In this document: positions 13,577-27,650 of the stretch, one piece after another | Layout: each line of letters begins with the position of its first letter | Position numbering within the stretch: position 1 is the first letter of the stretch | DNA from: Octopus vulgaris | Lineage: Eukaryota | Length of the DNA stretch: 64,000 bases | Assembly: GCA_951406725.2 (NCBI GenBank) | Contig: OX597822.1 | Span: forward strand, 62,434,001 to 62,498,000 | Direction of reading: 5' to 3' | The notes under the pieces: model-generated | What the model was told of the DNA's origin: nothing | What the model saw: only the letters and a program-made list of their open reading frames with translations | The model's database searches: none | Position numbers and translations under genes: made by a program

Positions 13577-13959
13577 CGGAAAGATTGCTTTGCGGTATTT
13601 GTTCCGACAGTTCATATTCTGAGTTCAAATACCACTGGGATCAAATATGCCTTTCATCCTCTTGGGCTGCATAAAATGAAGTACTAATCTCGTACCATGG
13701 TCGACGGTATCGATTAATCCACTCAGAATTTCTGACCTTATGTTTATATTAGAAATGTTTATTAATTCTTACAGCATCTATCTTAGAAAAACCGCAGGTT
13801 ATAATAAACATTTGATAATAATCGTTTCAACTAAAAGCACAAGGCCTGGAATTTGCGGGGGGAGGAGACCAGTTGATTCCCCCCAGTCCAGTGTTTCACT
13901 GGTACTTATCGACTCCGAACGTATAAAAGGCGGAATTAAACACTTGATAATAATGATAA

Positions 13960-14020
13960 GCTGCTACTACTACTACCACTACTACTACTACTACTGCAGC
14001 TGCTGCTGCCGCCGCTGCTG

Positions 14021-14085
<65 letters not shown>

Positions 14086-14100
14086 GCTACTACTACTACC
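13960..14100. repeat. Compound (CTA)n/(CTG)n trinucleotide repeat
   Basis: Direct reading of the sequence. Confidence 0.95.
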
Positions 14101-15029
14101 ATTTAATTTGCATAGATAATGTTTGTCCATCGCACTTCATGTTTATATTAAATTTAATTATTGGTTAAGTCAATGAAATATATGTGCTGTTAAAGGATGT
14201 TGTTGCTATGGTTATTGTTATTGCGTACGTCTCTCATACTGTTGGTAGTATTATTGAGTTATTTGTTGTCACAGCTGTTGTTTCTGATGCAATTCTTTTT
14301 ATAGTTGCAACTTGATTTAATAGGCGGTTCTAATGAGGCTATTGTTTGCTATTTTTGATATTATTGATGTTATTCTTGTTGTTCCTTTTTGTTATTTCGT
14401 TGTTGATTCTTTTTACTGGTATTCCTTCTTTTTTTGTTGTTGCTATTATTTAATAAAATCTTGTATTCTGTTGTCTAATTGCTGATCAGGCAAGTTTTCA
14501 TTATATTTATATTTTTTGATTAGTTTTCATAATATAAACGTCATTAAATGTTATATGTGCGTCTGTATATATGTATATGAGTCTATGGAATATGATTTAA
14601 TAACAAAGTTAATTGCTAGTACCAGACAACACATCTTTTTTGCGAAGATAATCTAGATTTCCATCTACAAAAGAGACATTAGAGATATTCATGCTCAAAA
14701 GATGTTTTATAAGAGTGAAAATAAAGAAACAAATAAAGAAAAGTTTTCAATTGATACATGAAATAGTGGACCAAGCTTTATAAAGCGAATTCACTCCCGA
14801 AAATATAAAACATATATCCGGGTAAAACAAACAAAACGTACATACATTATACAGTCTAATTATAGAATCCAGGAATACTTTATGAAAAAATATACAATCT
14901 TTGTAAATAAAAACACACGTACTATTACATTACAATTAGATAATATGGACATATCAAAAATCACTCCGAGAACCAAACACATTAGCGTCAGCGCAAACTC
15001 ACAGATCTGCTCGTTACATGTGAAAACGC

Positions 15030-15360
15030 ATGTCGCAGGGGTTGGGGCGTCGGGCATGCAATCGTGAGGTTGTAAGCTAGATTCTTGGACCGGGTTGCGT
15101 CTTGCGTTCTTGAGCAAGACACTATCTCACGTTGCTCCAGTTCACTCACCTGCTGAAATGAATTGCGACGTCATTGGTACCAATTACTATCGGACTTTGC
15201 CTTTGCCTTGGGCAACATTGGTGGTGTGGAGAAAGGAGACTGGCATGCATGGCCGGCATCTGGTCTTCCAAAAAAATTTTCCCAGATTTGTGCCTTAGAG
15301 TGGAAATTTTAAAATTAAATTCCATGACCATTCATGACCGAAGTGGGTCTTTACTCTGAT
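15030..15360 (+). mobile_element. Diverged tRNA-derived SINE related to family C and to 51324-51600
   Basis: Shares the TTGAGCAAGACACT.T.TCACGTTGCTCCAGT.CACTCA core with 51404-51445. Reverse-strand relatives lie at about 16255-16435, 41760-41860 and 55390-55570. Confidence 0.6.
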
Positions 15361-16599
15361 CGTTATATAATTTACTTTAACTGACGGCTGGGATATACGA
15401 ATTTCACTATATACACAGGCAGCTGCAAACTTCACGCGTCAATATATTATATTGGATATACAAGCATGAAAAACACTCAGACCGACTAACATTGTGTTTA
15501 CAACGGAAATCTTATAAAACAACACGTTATACTAGAAAACAGAAACAAAACTACATAGAAAATGTTTACTGGATAACACAAACATCTTATATACAATTTC
15601 ACAGCATAGTTAGATTACCAATGAGAAATTTAATAATAACAAATAATTTACACGAAGATAATTAGCGGTGATAATAAACTAAAATGAGTTACTGATCACT
15701 GAAAATAACTTCACCCGAGTTAACCTTTTAAATCCGACACCTTCACAATAGCCTGATTCTCATCGTTCTTACTTTATAGTAATAGTCAGTAACCATTATT
15801 TCACACAGAGAATAAGACTTCGAAGTTTTAGAAATGTTAATTAACCCAGAAATGTTATTGTTTTTGATGAAACATAAAGGTCAAATGAAAAAAATCATGC
15901 AAATTTTGCATTTTGTAAAGATCAACCTCATAGTAGTTTTCTTTTCGGTATAAGTTATTTAAAAGCAAAGCTGTTCTGCCCCAGACTGTTTCAAGAACAA
16001 ACATTTCTCAAGTAACCCTCGAATTTCTTTTTTTAGTGGAGTGTTCCAGAAAGAATTGTAATTCAATCGGTGTAGCCACTCCTACACGTATGTAGATAAA
16101 TCTTTCTCTTATTTTAAAATCATAATAGGTAAGTGGTACTGTAGTGTTTGTCAGAAAGAAAAGTGGTGGACAACTAAATCCTTGTTGTCCGTCGATGGCA
16201 ACGCTTAGATCGCTCTGTCTTTAGCCCTAGGACTTTTGAAACCAGAGCTTAACCTGGTTTCTATGACGTATAAATGACTGAGATTACTTCCCGACTGGAA
16301 CGCATTTTTAGCTGGAAAAGAAGCAACGTGAAATGAAATATTTTGCTCAAGAACACAACGCATCGCTTAGATCAGGAATCAAAATCACGATCTTACGATC
16401 GTTAGTGCAATACCCTAATCACGAGGCCACACACCTTCATTTCAGGTAAACACTACTTAAAAGGTAGTTATGTCCGCACCCCTAAAAATGTTTTATGATG
16501 TCTTTGCACTCCTTAAAAAATTGATAAGTTATTTAACGATAAAGGAGGTGAATTTATAGTAAATTTTAGCAATATATTTTATATTATCTAATTTTTCAA

Positions 16600-17485
16600 T
16601 AATTTATTAACAAAAACGAAACACATAGTAAAAAAAAATATTATAACAAATTAAAATAAATCTTATAACAAATCGAAAGAACTAATGCTCAAATGTTCAT
16701 GAATGAATTTAAATTCAATAACACTTTTGTTCCTGTTTCTTAGTTATGAGTTCTACAAAACATGGAGCAATATTGCTGATAGTAATATGCATGTCTGCCT
16801 GTGCATTCAAGTGATTTCTAGATTTTGTCCTGATTGACAAAAGAGTACTAAATACAGGCTCACATAAGTATGTCGTCGCAAATGGGATGAGTGCAGCTTG
16901 TGCATTTTCACAAAGTCTTGGAAACATATTCATAGCCGAACACCAATCAGGACAAAATTGCTTCGAAATTACATTTTCAGGACACGATTTTCACACAGTT
17001 CAATAAGATCCTCCTTCTGCTCTCCACCATGCAACATATTATCCAATTTGAAGGGGTATGGATTCATAATCCATTCTTCAGAAGTTTCCAGTTTTCTTGC
17101 TGCAAAATATCCATCAAACGTCTTTGACAACATTTCCAAACGAGCCACAATTTCTTCATACACACTAGGAATTATAGATTCATTATCACATTGACCGTTT
17201 CTTCAAGTAATGGAAAATTTGAAAAATTTTACTCGTCGACACCAAATAGCTAATTTTTCTTTGAAAACATTTAGCTTTTCACAGCATTTCAATATGTTTA
17301 TGTTTTTTCCTTGAACAGATAGACTGAGATAATTCATACGAGTGAAAATGTCTGTCAAATAAGCTCGCATTTGGTTGAATTCTTGTGATTCCAGTTCTCC
17401 AAGCAAATCATAGCTACATTCCTCCAGAAAAGCTTTGATTTCTTCTCGCAGTTCGAAGAAGCAAGTTAAAGCTCTCTCACGTGTC
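16600..17485 (-). mobile_element. hAT (Charlie/Buster-like) transposase pseudogene, C-terminal part
   Basis: ORFs 17203-17406 (AYLTDIFTRMNYLSLSVQGK), 16969-17163 (EWIMNPY) and 16715-16933 (LIPFATTYLCEPVFSTLLSIRTKSRNHL, the hAT dimerization motif). Confidence 0.85.
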
Positions 17486-19307
17486 TAAGTCTTAGAACAA
17501 AATACTCATAAATTCCAAAATTATTTGCCCTTTAAATTTCTGCAGAAATTAGAATTATCTACCGATAATGCTTTGAGTACTTTATTCTAATTGGTTATTT
17601 CAGTTCTAGCGAGAAAAGTCTAACAATATTTATCATTGAAACCGCTAGAGTATTGACGGATAGCTCCAATTTCAGTATTATAGTAATCTTTTATAGTGCT
17701 TTTTATTTCGTTTGCGTTATTTTAGTCCATTAATTATTAATCATTTAGTCCATTAAATATTCGTTAGCCTGTATTTGATCTCAATTTCTAATGTTTCTTT
17801 ATCATGATAGTAGTTTTTATAAATGTCCTTCATTGAAAATCTACCTTTATGGATTTTTTTTTAAAAATTGAGTTTAATATAATTTAATAGAAGTAATCTA
17901 TTTGCTACGCAGAAGATTGTTATTACTATTTTTATAGACTTAGTGACAGGAATAGTAGTATTAAACGAAATGACTTTGGTATACTTCCGTTTATTTCTAT
18001 TTCTTCACATTAACGACAATTTCTAATGGTATGGGTATATTGATTACTAATAGGTTAAAATTGAAGTATAAATTGTAATTTACAGTAATAATAATTATTC
18101 TTAGTGAAGGTTATTCAGTTTACTAGAACAGAATTGGATCTTTCTTGAATAGTTAAGTTTCATGTAAGAAATGAAATCAATATCCAATGTGTTTATAGCA
18201 GTCCGGTGTCTACCATCCTGCGCAGATGTAGGTACTCAGCATTAATATGATATTTCATAATTTTGTTGTATATATGGCATATGTATAATATCAAAGAATT
18301 TAAGACGTAAGTCAATTTGAAAACAGTTTTATTAAATTTGAAACTGCTATTGCACATCATCTATTACCTTTTATTATTGATGCCAATCAACCCAATTCAA
18401 TGTACCGTTTTTCTTAAACAAAAACAATCTCATAATACCCAACTAACTAAATTTACTTTAAACTTCAGCTGTTGTCCAGTCATCTTTCTCACTACTCCTT
18501 CACATATCCACACTAATTCTTCTTACAAAAACACTTGCAAATGCTTCTTGTACCACACCAAAACTACGGCCAGTGATACAACTTATCATTAATATCACAA
18601 ACAAACAATAATTCATTGATGCTTTCCGTCAAAAGGCAGCAGAATGATCTGCCGATAAAAACACTTTCCTCCAAACCCTGGGATTTTATTTTTCTTTCTT
18701 AAATTTGATAAAGGGAATCTCTCCCGGAATATTATAGAAACAGTAAACAAGCTATGTAAGATAATGCAATATCTTCTCTTTGTTTTTATTTATTGACATT
18801 GCCTTACATATTTTGCCTAACTTCTGAACTGCATCGCTAGATTTACATCAAGTGTATACGTACATATATACATACACACACACGTACATACAGCTGAGGC
18901 TCGTCTTATCTAATGTTGATTGTTTATATTGCAGCCGCATATTCTGTTGAACTACATCTATCAATATTATGAGGGATCTCCGAGCCCCCAGAAAAAAGCT
19001 TCTGGACTTATAACACCTTTTTACCACCCCTTTGATTTTGCCTGTCGTTTGTACTGTCTAAATTGGATATATTAATATAAATATATATCGCCTGTGTCAT
19101 TGATTCTGTTATTATCATTTTTAAAATAGTTACATTGGATAATAATAGAATTAATGACACCTTTGTAAATTAATTTTTGGTGAATTATTTTTCTCGTAAA
19201 TTGTATCGAGATTATTTTACACTGGTGGCTGTTATGATTTCTGCGCGAACGAATCAGTTGCAGCACAGACTTCGAAGTGATAGGTTGGGAGTCTCTAATC
19301 ATGGTAA

Positions 19308-19362
19308 CACGTGCTGAAGAAGCTAAGGTTTTATTTTACCAATGCAGAAACCGGTCCGCGTG
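19308..19362 (+). ncRNA. Type I minimal hammerhead ribozyme
   Basis: CACGUG-CUGAAGA-aGC...GCa-GAAA-ccgg-UC-CGCGUG. Stem I has 6 bp including one U-G. The motif lies in a unit ending at the (TA)n tract at 19524. Confidence 0.75.
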
Positions 19363-19514
19363 AGTCCAGATACTTAAATGTAAGTTAGTAGATGTTCTTA
19401 ACCTGATTTTGCCTTCGTTTGACTTCTGTAATTTTCACCAGTGTATTTTTGGGCGATTTAATAAGAGTTTTGACTGTTATTTCTAGCAGGTACACATACT
19501 TAGTATGTCCTTTG

Positions 19515-19589
<75 letters not shown>

Positions 19590-19795
19590 GAGGCTTTGAG
19601 ACAATATATATTTAAGTACAAATATAGATATATATATATATTTGTACTTAAATATATATTGCCTGAAAGCCTCTTCTTTTTGCATTCTCTCGTTTTGCAT
19701 GCATACACACACACACATATATATGTGTATGTATGTATGTATGTATGTATGTATGTATGTATGTATGTATGTATGGATGGATGGATGGAAGGATG

Positions 19796-19835
<40 letters not shown>

Positions 19836-20821
19836 ATTCAATACCCAAACTGTTATTTGGTATATTTAATTTGTTTCTTCACATAATGCCGCTACATGTA
19901 TATTTATATATATGCATGTATGTAGGTATGTATGTATGTATGTTGGTAGGTAGGTAGGTATGTACGTACGTACGTACGTAGATAGATAGGTAGATACTTA
20001 GTTAGTTAGTTAGCTAGGTAGGTAGGTAGGTAGGTAGGTATGTAGGTAGGTAGGCATGCATGCATGCATGTACGTATGTCTCAGGAGAGAGTGAGAGAAT
20101 GGAAAGAGGAATGCTGATAGAATTTTCTATGAAGCCCAAGGGTATGTACTTCTAAGTGTCCCAAGCTCAAACATTTTCGATCTCTAAAAGTGTCTTATTG
20201 ACGTTTCCATGTCTATACCTGTTCAATTATTTGTATTATTCAGCATTGAAATCCTTCTTGGCCTTCCATGAAATACCCATAAATATACAAAGAGACACTG
20301 GACCTATCTGCCGGTCCATTGAGACGTTGATGCGTGCATGAGTGATTCTATCAGGTTATCTCACACCGCGCTAAAATACACGACATATTGAATTCATAAA
20401 TTAGCGACAATGCACTCCAGATAAAACGTTTTACTTGCAATATGAATTGTTAAAACACATCGATGTATTAAAACAGATACATTTACAATTACTATATCAC
20501 TTTATTACTCTAAAGCATTAATATTCAAGCATGAATATTCTTTTCGTCTTGTTATAAGTTTTCGGCTCCTATATTTTCATTCGCACTTTGGAGTCAAATG
20601 TACTTTCTGTAATAAGCTCAGACTAGAGAGAAGCAAGTAGCTCCCATAAAACATTTAATGAACAGCTATCTCATCCACATTAATCATACATACATACTTA
20701 CACACTCACACACACACACGCACACACGCACACACACATATATATATATCTGTGTGTATGTGTGCATTTTTGTATTTATGCGTATATGTGTGCATGTGTA
20801 TGTTATACCTGTATGTGAGTG

Positions 20822-20868
<47 letters not shown>

Positions 20869-23158
20869 AATGTATGTGTGTGTACATACTTATATGTATA
20901 TATATGCATTTATGCATACAAAGAGATAATTATATACATGTGTCTATGTATGCATGTCTCTGTATGAATGTATGTACATATATTTGCATATATATATACT
21001 TATATATATATGCATATATATACGCATCTATATATGGACATACATATATTTCATAAATATACGCCACACAGGCACAAATATACATATACGCCCACATACA
21101 GACACTCATGGCAAAGCTATTATTTATAGAGATGAAAAATAAGTAAGTCAAGTTTGGAGAAAAGATAATGATTATTAGAGACAAAAAAAGAAAAACACTA
21201 AACATTAAAAAAAAGGAAGAAGTACAATGGTAGCTTTCAACGAAAAATGATTTATAATTTCATTCGCGGAATTAACTGAAATGACAGTAGATTTCGCACA
21301 AACGGAAATGGCGAAATCATCTAAAGAAAGGGACGGCAAATCAAACTAGAATAGAACCTAACTATAGACTTGTATAGAAATATTCCTGATTGAATTGTCA
21401 TTGATTGATTTATTCGACGTAAAGATTTATTCATTTGGCTTTAAAATGGCGGATACAATATTGGTTTTATTTCACTCCTAATCTTTTCTTTATACTTTGT
21501 AAAGAGACCACCCAAGTCCCAAACCGCTACACTTTGTTATAAACCTATTGATAAGCGACGCATTGCAGTGGAAAGTTTATTGCTTGTTGAAATGGATGAG
21601 CTATAAGTGAATCCATAAATCTAGCCTTCTATATTAATAACCGTTTCTAAGTTAGGAACAAGGCCAAACATTTTCAAGGAAAGTACTGCCGACTCCTGCA
21701 CTTGTTGAGTTACGGTCAGGTCTCGCAAGTATTTATACTCAGAAAGTAAATACAACAAAGCATTTTGTTCGAGCGTTTAATGATTCTATCAATACATGAC
21801 TTTTCAAAATAATAATTTCTTTTAACATAGCGCAAGGCCTAAATGTTAGTGGAGTAGTATTGTCGTTTATATTAACCTCGATATTTTACTAGTATTAAAC
21901 TTTATTGACCACTGCAATGATAAAATCAAAGCTGACCTTAAAGTGAATCTAACTCATGTATGAATGCGTATGCATATACATACATACATACATACATACA
22001 TACATACATACATACTTCTTTTAATCCAGAACATTTTCTGTACTAACGCTTGAAGATTGATTGAAAGAACCTGAAGGAAAAATGCAGGATTACTCAGTTA
22101 AGCTTTATTTCTTTCATCAGATTTTGTCCCTCAGCCAAATCTTTTTTTTCTATCTCCGAGAAACAATTTTCAGCTCTATGTATATAAGGAAAGGATATTT
22201 CTTGAAATGGAAATGTTAATGAAAATCTCTATTCTTCGTACAATAGTATATAATCACCACCTAATTGCATGCTTGAGTTAATTTTCGTTATTGAAATCTT
22301 TTAGATCTATCAACAAGACATTAAACTGATTAAAATCGTATTTTTAATACAACAGAAAGTTGAGACAATCCTATTGAAATAAAATGCTCTTAATTATGCT
22401 AAATATCTTTAGCTTTACACCTTTAATTTTCAGTTATATACTTATTTTAACACCTACACATACTTACTGAACACATTCTCAAAAATGCTTACAGAGTTTG
22501 AACCAAGTGAGACACACCATTGATAAACGACAGAATGAATTCGAATTACACATTAGAAGCAGCTCTGTTACATAAACATCTCATACAGAGCCATTCTGCA
22601 GCGATTTTGTTTGACTTAGCTCTGAAGTATATTGTATTTCTTATCACTATATACCTACAAAGGGATTTTTTTCCCGGACGAAAAACCGCCGCTTTTAGAG
22701 ATTAAACAACACACATAAGTTAAGTATGTGGGACTGATAATATTCACATCATACAACCGATTCTATACCATAATTCGAATTTATTCTGATGATGCGGCGC
22801 AATTGCAAATCCACGGATAGTTTATACACTATCTGTATATTCTTCAAATTAGTGATTTCCATTTCATTTCAGAAGTGACACGAGCTTGCTACATTGACAA
22901 AGTGCAGTTATGGCGAAATACGGTTTCTGTTGTATACGTGATCACTTTTGGGGAAATCTTGTTTCGTCTAGCTCTGAGTAGTATTATACTTTTCAATACT
23001 ATATTCTTTAAAGGAATTATTTCGATGATACATCGCAGCTTCTGGCGTTTAAACAACATACATATGTTAAGTATATTTTTATATATTATAGCTGCGTGTG
23101 TGCGTGCGTGCGCACGTACGAGTGTGTGTCTTTGGTTGTTTATGAGGGTTCTCATATA

Positions 23159-23190
<32 letters not shown>

Positions 23191-24104
23191 GAGTGTGTGT
23201 GTGCGTGTGCGTGCATGTGTATGTGTATATATGCTTTAAGACCCGAAACATGCAGTGAACCCAGGATACAACAATCACAATATATCCGAGTTTTGCTTCA
23301 GTAAATGGATGTTGAAATTTAGTGGAACGTATGTGATCATAAAACAGAGCACAATCTGTATCACATCTATCTCTATAAGTCATAGATAGAATATATTGGT
23401 GAAATATATGAACGTAAAGCATGAACTAGCAAACATCGTTATACACAAATTTCCTTGTAAACATGAAAATCGAAACTATTGTTTAGACTGTTACATCATA
23501 CACACAAGTATGATTCTTTCTCTTTAGTTGACAAGCATTTACAATAAGCAGTTATAGAAGCTTAGCATAATACTATACACGGATTGAAATTAGATACAAA
23601 AAAAAACTTTTAAAAGCAATATAAATTTGTACAGATTTTCATAACATACGAGCGAGAAAATAACTGTAGAAGCCTTATCAAAAGCAAACTACTCACTAAA
23701 ATTTAACATATTCTTGCATTACAAGTAAAATAAATAATGATAACCGTTGTATAATTTTAAATCCAGCGTTGACAATCTTATAACTTATAAAAGTATTTCC
23801 ATGATCTTTAGCGACCTACAACAAAATGAGCGAACAAGTTATTAATATCGCTTCATTTTTGATATAAGCAAGAAAGATTTGAAACGTCAATGGACTAATG
23901 GATGTTAGAGACGAAATTGTTCTAAACTAAATATTAAGAAAACAGAAAAATCAGGAAGGTAGTAGATCGATTAAAATCGAACATAGTTATGTTTTTTTTC
24001 CTTATAAGCCTACGAAGTGAACATGCAAACATGTCAAATTCTACCTTTTCTCCATAGAACAGAAAAACAAAATCTGATGAGACTTAATCGATTTTCGACC
24101 TTTG

Positions 24105-24325
24105 TTGGTTTATTGTCAGCGATGTCTACATCACTTGATCAATCCCCGAGAAAAAGGAAACCATTTGAAAACGTTGCTATATATATATATATATTACGTG
24201 TGTGTGTGTGTATGAGTGTGCATATGCTTAAGTATGTATATATATGTATGTGTGTAGCAACGTTTTCAAATGGTTTCCTTTTTCTCGGGGATTGATCAAG
24301 TGATGTAGACATCGCTGACAATAAA

Positions 24326-24329
<4 letters not shown>
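24105..24329. repeat. 75-bp inverted repeat (24105-24179 / 24255-24329) around a TA/TG spacer
   Basis: The arms are reverse complements; the ORFs on opposite strands give the same peptide (SAMSTSLDQSPRKRKPFENVA). Confidence 0.9.
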
Positions 24330-24380
<51 letters not shown>

Positions 24381-24399
24381 ATCAATATAAGGGTAGCAA

Positions 24400-25028
24400 A
24401 AATTCAATAGAAATTATTTTCGCCACCAGCGGTCCAGTGAGAAAGAGAAAATAGTCACAGACTATATATATATAATTTCAACAATATTAAGGAATGGCCC
24501 TGATAGGCCATTCGACTCACTAGAAAGAGCAGCCAAACTCAAACCGCTAAATAGTAGTAATTCAGAAATCAAAGGAAAATTAAGAAACATTTACCCTAAT
24601 CATCTTTGGACAATGCGTTGTTTCGACGTACTTTTTGGCAAACCAGCCCAATTAAATTAAATTTAATTTAATCAAGTCAATTTACCAATGGCTCGTCTCA
24701 TCGGCAAAGAAGCCAGGAGGGATAAATATTCCACGAGGCAGCAGCATCGATGCCTCGGGAATATATACTCTAAATTTTCAAAATCTACCGTAATCGCGCC
24801 AACTTATCAGCAGCAAATATAAACTGCTGATTTAATTTCAGAATTAGTCAAAAAATCATTAAATTCAATAGAAATTATTTTCGCCTCCAGCAGTCCAGTG
24901 AGAAAGAGAAAATAGTCACAGACTATATATATATATAATTTCAACAATATTAAGGAATGGCCCTAATAGGCCATTCGACTCACTAGAAAGAGCAGCCAAA
25001 CTCAAACCGCTAAATAGTAGTAATTCAG
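24400..25028 (-). mobile_element. Partial tandem (461-bp period) HHR-containing element, retrozyme/pLTR-like
   Basis: Direct repeat at 24400-24565 / 24861-25028, with an HHR and several hairpins in the unique middle. Confidence 0.8.
24604..24709 (-). ncRNA. Type I hammerhead ribozyme with extended stem II and a real stem III (U4C core)
   Basis: CUUUG-CCGAUGA-GACG...CGUC-GAAA-CAA-cgca-UUG-UC-CAAAG. All three stems pair and the cleavage triplet is GUC. Confidence 0.8.
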
Positions 25029-25101
25029 TAACCGTGAGTAGATTTGGTAGACGGAAACTGAAAGAAGTCCATCGTATATATGTATATATATATATATATA
25101 T

Positions 25102-25149
<48 letters not shown>

Positions 25150-25583
25150 TGTGTATCTGTGTCCCCCAACATCGCTTGACAACCGGTGCTGGTGCATTTA
25201 CGTCTCCGTAACTTAGCAGTTCGGCAAAAGAGAACGATAGAATAAGTACTAGGCTTACAATGAGTAAGTCCTGGGGTCGATTTGCTCGACTAAAGGCGGT
25301 GCCCCAGCATGGCCACAGTCAAATGACTGAAACAAGTAAAAGAGTAGAAGAGTATATTTGTCAACCACAGGCTATGCAGGATATTTGGTGCCAGATGAAG
25401 TGAAAACGAACTGGAAACCATATTGCTGCTAAGTACACTTCTTAACCACACAGAGCTACCACAACCATCGCTTTGAAAGAAATGCAAACTCTGAAAATAT
25501 CAGTTAACAAACAGGTATCATCATTTTTAATCTGGAAAATCCTGTGAGTGATTGAAGTATTATTTACAGATGAATGCAATGTG

Positions 25584-25633
<50 letters not shown>

Positions 25634-26110
25634 GCATATACATACAAACACATGCACACATATATTATGTGTGTATGTGTATGTGTGCGTGTGTGTGTAA
25701 GTTTAAAATTAACCTTTTTCTTTGAGTGCACATTTAAGATATTTCTATTTACACGGAATACTGAGTTTGATTAAGGAGCATTTATAACAAAGCACGAAAC
25801 CACTGATGCAGGGAAAATTATTTTTGCAATTTTAGCTAATTTAAATGTATGCTTCATAAAGACAGCCATATTGAAATGATTTCAGCCAAAGGCCTGCTGA
25901 TTTCGTTATGATTAAGTATTGTTATACACACTCTTTTAAGTCTTTTTTTCCTCTGCTCTTCTCTAACAATTACAGCAATCATGGAGATGAGTCTAAAGCA
26001 TTTATATTATCGTATTTTCAACACAGAACTGTTTTTGAGAATAAGCTGAACGAATAGGAGAATGACCAGATAATACGATAGATATCTAAAACACACCAAA
26101 CGCATTTGCT

Positions 26111-26438
26111 CAGGGGTTCTCAATCATTTTTTTTCTTATCTATGGACCCTTTTGGCTAATATTTTATTTTGGTGCACCCCCATAGCTATTCAATGTTTGA
26201 AAATTAGTTTTATAGATGCTTCTGTCAAAATACATCAACTTGGTTGAATTATGGAAAATGTTACAGAAAGAAACTGAGCTGTTTCTTGCAATACACAGCA
26301 ATACATAGATCTAAAGCAAAAGTTTTTCACGGACTCTTAAAATACTATTTTGATTCCCAATTTACTATTTTGTTGTGGACCCTCAAAAATATTATAGGGA
26401 CTCTCAAGAGCCATATGGAGCCCAGTTGAAAGCCATTG
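26111..26438. mobile_element. Non-autonomous hAT-type MITE
   Basis: Imperfect TIRs CAGGGGTTCTCAA ... TTGAAAGCCATTG. No 8-bp TSD is retained. Confidence 0.55.
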
Positions 26439-27537
26439 TTTTAAATAATGGAAATTAAGACACGTCTTAAAGACACAAAACTATCAGCATATTTGTTTTT
26501 GTTTTACGTCGTTGCAGTCTCTATCACTGTTAATGTGTACATTTCTGATAGCGTTGCTGTTTTAACGTCCGAAAATCCGATTTCATCTTGAGTTGCCTAA
26601 ATCGAACGCAGAATGTGTGTCATTAGCCAGCTGGAGGAAATGTCTTGCTAGGGCTATAAACATCAGTAGCATTGAGCTGCAGAGGACGCTACACTTGGTT
26701 GGCAATTATATATTGCGATTATTATTTATATATACGGCTGTGTCGTAAGAACCTTGCTTGCCAGTCACATGGTTCCGGGTTCAGTCTCACTACGTGGCAT
26801 CTTGGGCTAGTGTCTTCTGCTATAGCTTCGGGCCGACCAAAGCCTTGTAAGTGGATTTAGTAAACAGAAACTGAAAGAAGCCCGTTGCATAAATATTTTT
26901 TTTTTGTGTGTGTGTGTGTGTGTATGTATCTTAGCTTGCTCCACCCCCACCATCACCTGACAACCGATGTTGGTATGTTTACGTACCCTTTTATCTTGCG
27001 ATTCGGCAAAAAGAGACCGATAGAATAAGTACTAGGCTTACAAAGAATAAGTCCTGGGGTTGATTTCGTCGACGAAAAAACCTTTTAAGGCGGTGCTCCA
27101 GCCTGGCTGGTAACAAATGATGGAACAAATAAAGGAACAAAAGAATATATATATATAGGCGCAGGAGTAGCTGCGTGGTAAGAAGCTTGCTTCCTAACCA
27201 CGTGGTTCCGGTTTCAGTCCCACTACGTGGCACCTTGAGCATGTGTCTTCTAAAATAGCTTCTGGCCGACCAAAGCCTTGTGCCTTGTGAGTGGATTTGG
27301 TAGACGGAAACTGAACGAAGCCCGTTGTATATATATTTATATATATATACAAAATTTAGAGGAATGACTACTAATAGTGGACAGCCTGTATGCTAGATAT
27401 AGACGTCAAACTCGTCATTTACCACGAAGAATGTGTTCCCAAAAAGAAATCAGCAAAAACCAAAGTTTAAAAATAAGACAAATGAAGATATACGAAAATA
27501 AAAGAACCCTTACCTACGTACTAATTAGTTTCACTTG

Positions 27538-27607
<70 letters not shown>

Positions 27608-27618
27608 TGTGTGTGTGC

Positions 27619-27650
<32 letters not shown>

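Noticed and set aside
13282-13628. Overlapping opposite-strand ORFs with identical peptides (also at 24017-24321 and 52385-53312)
   Set aside because: A by-product of inverted repeats, not coding.
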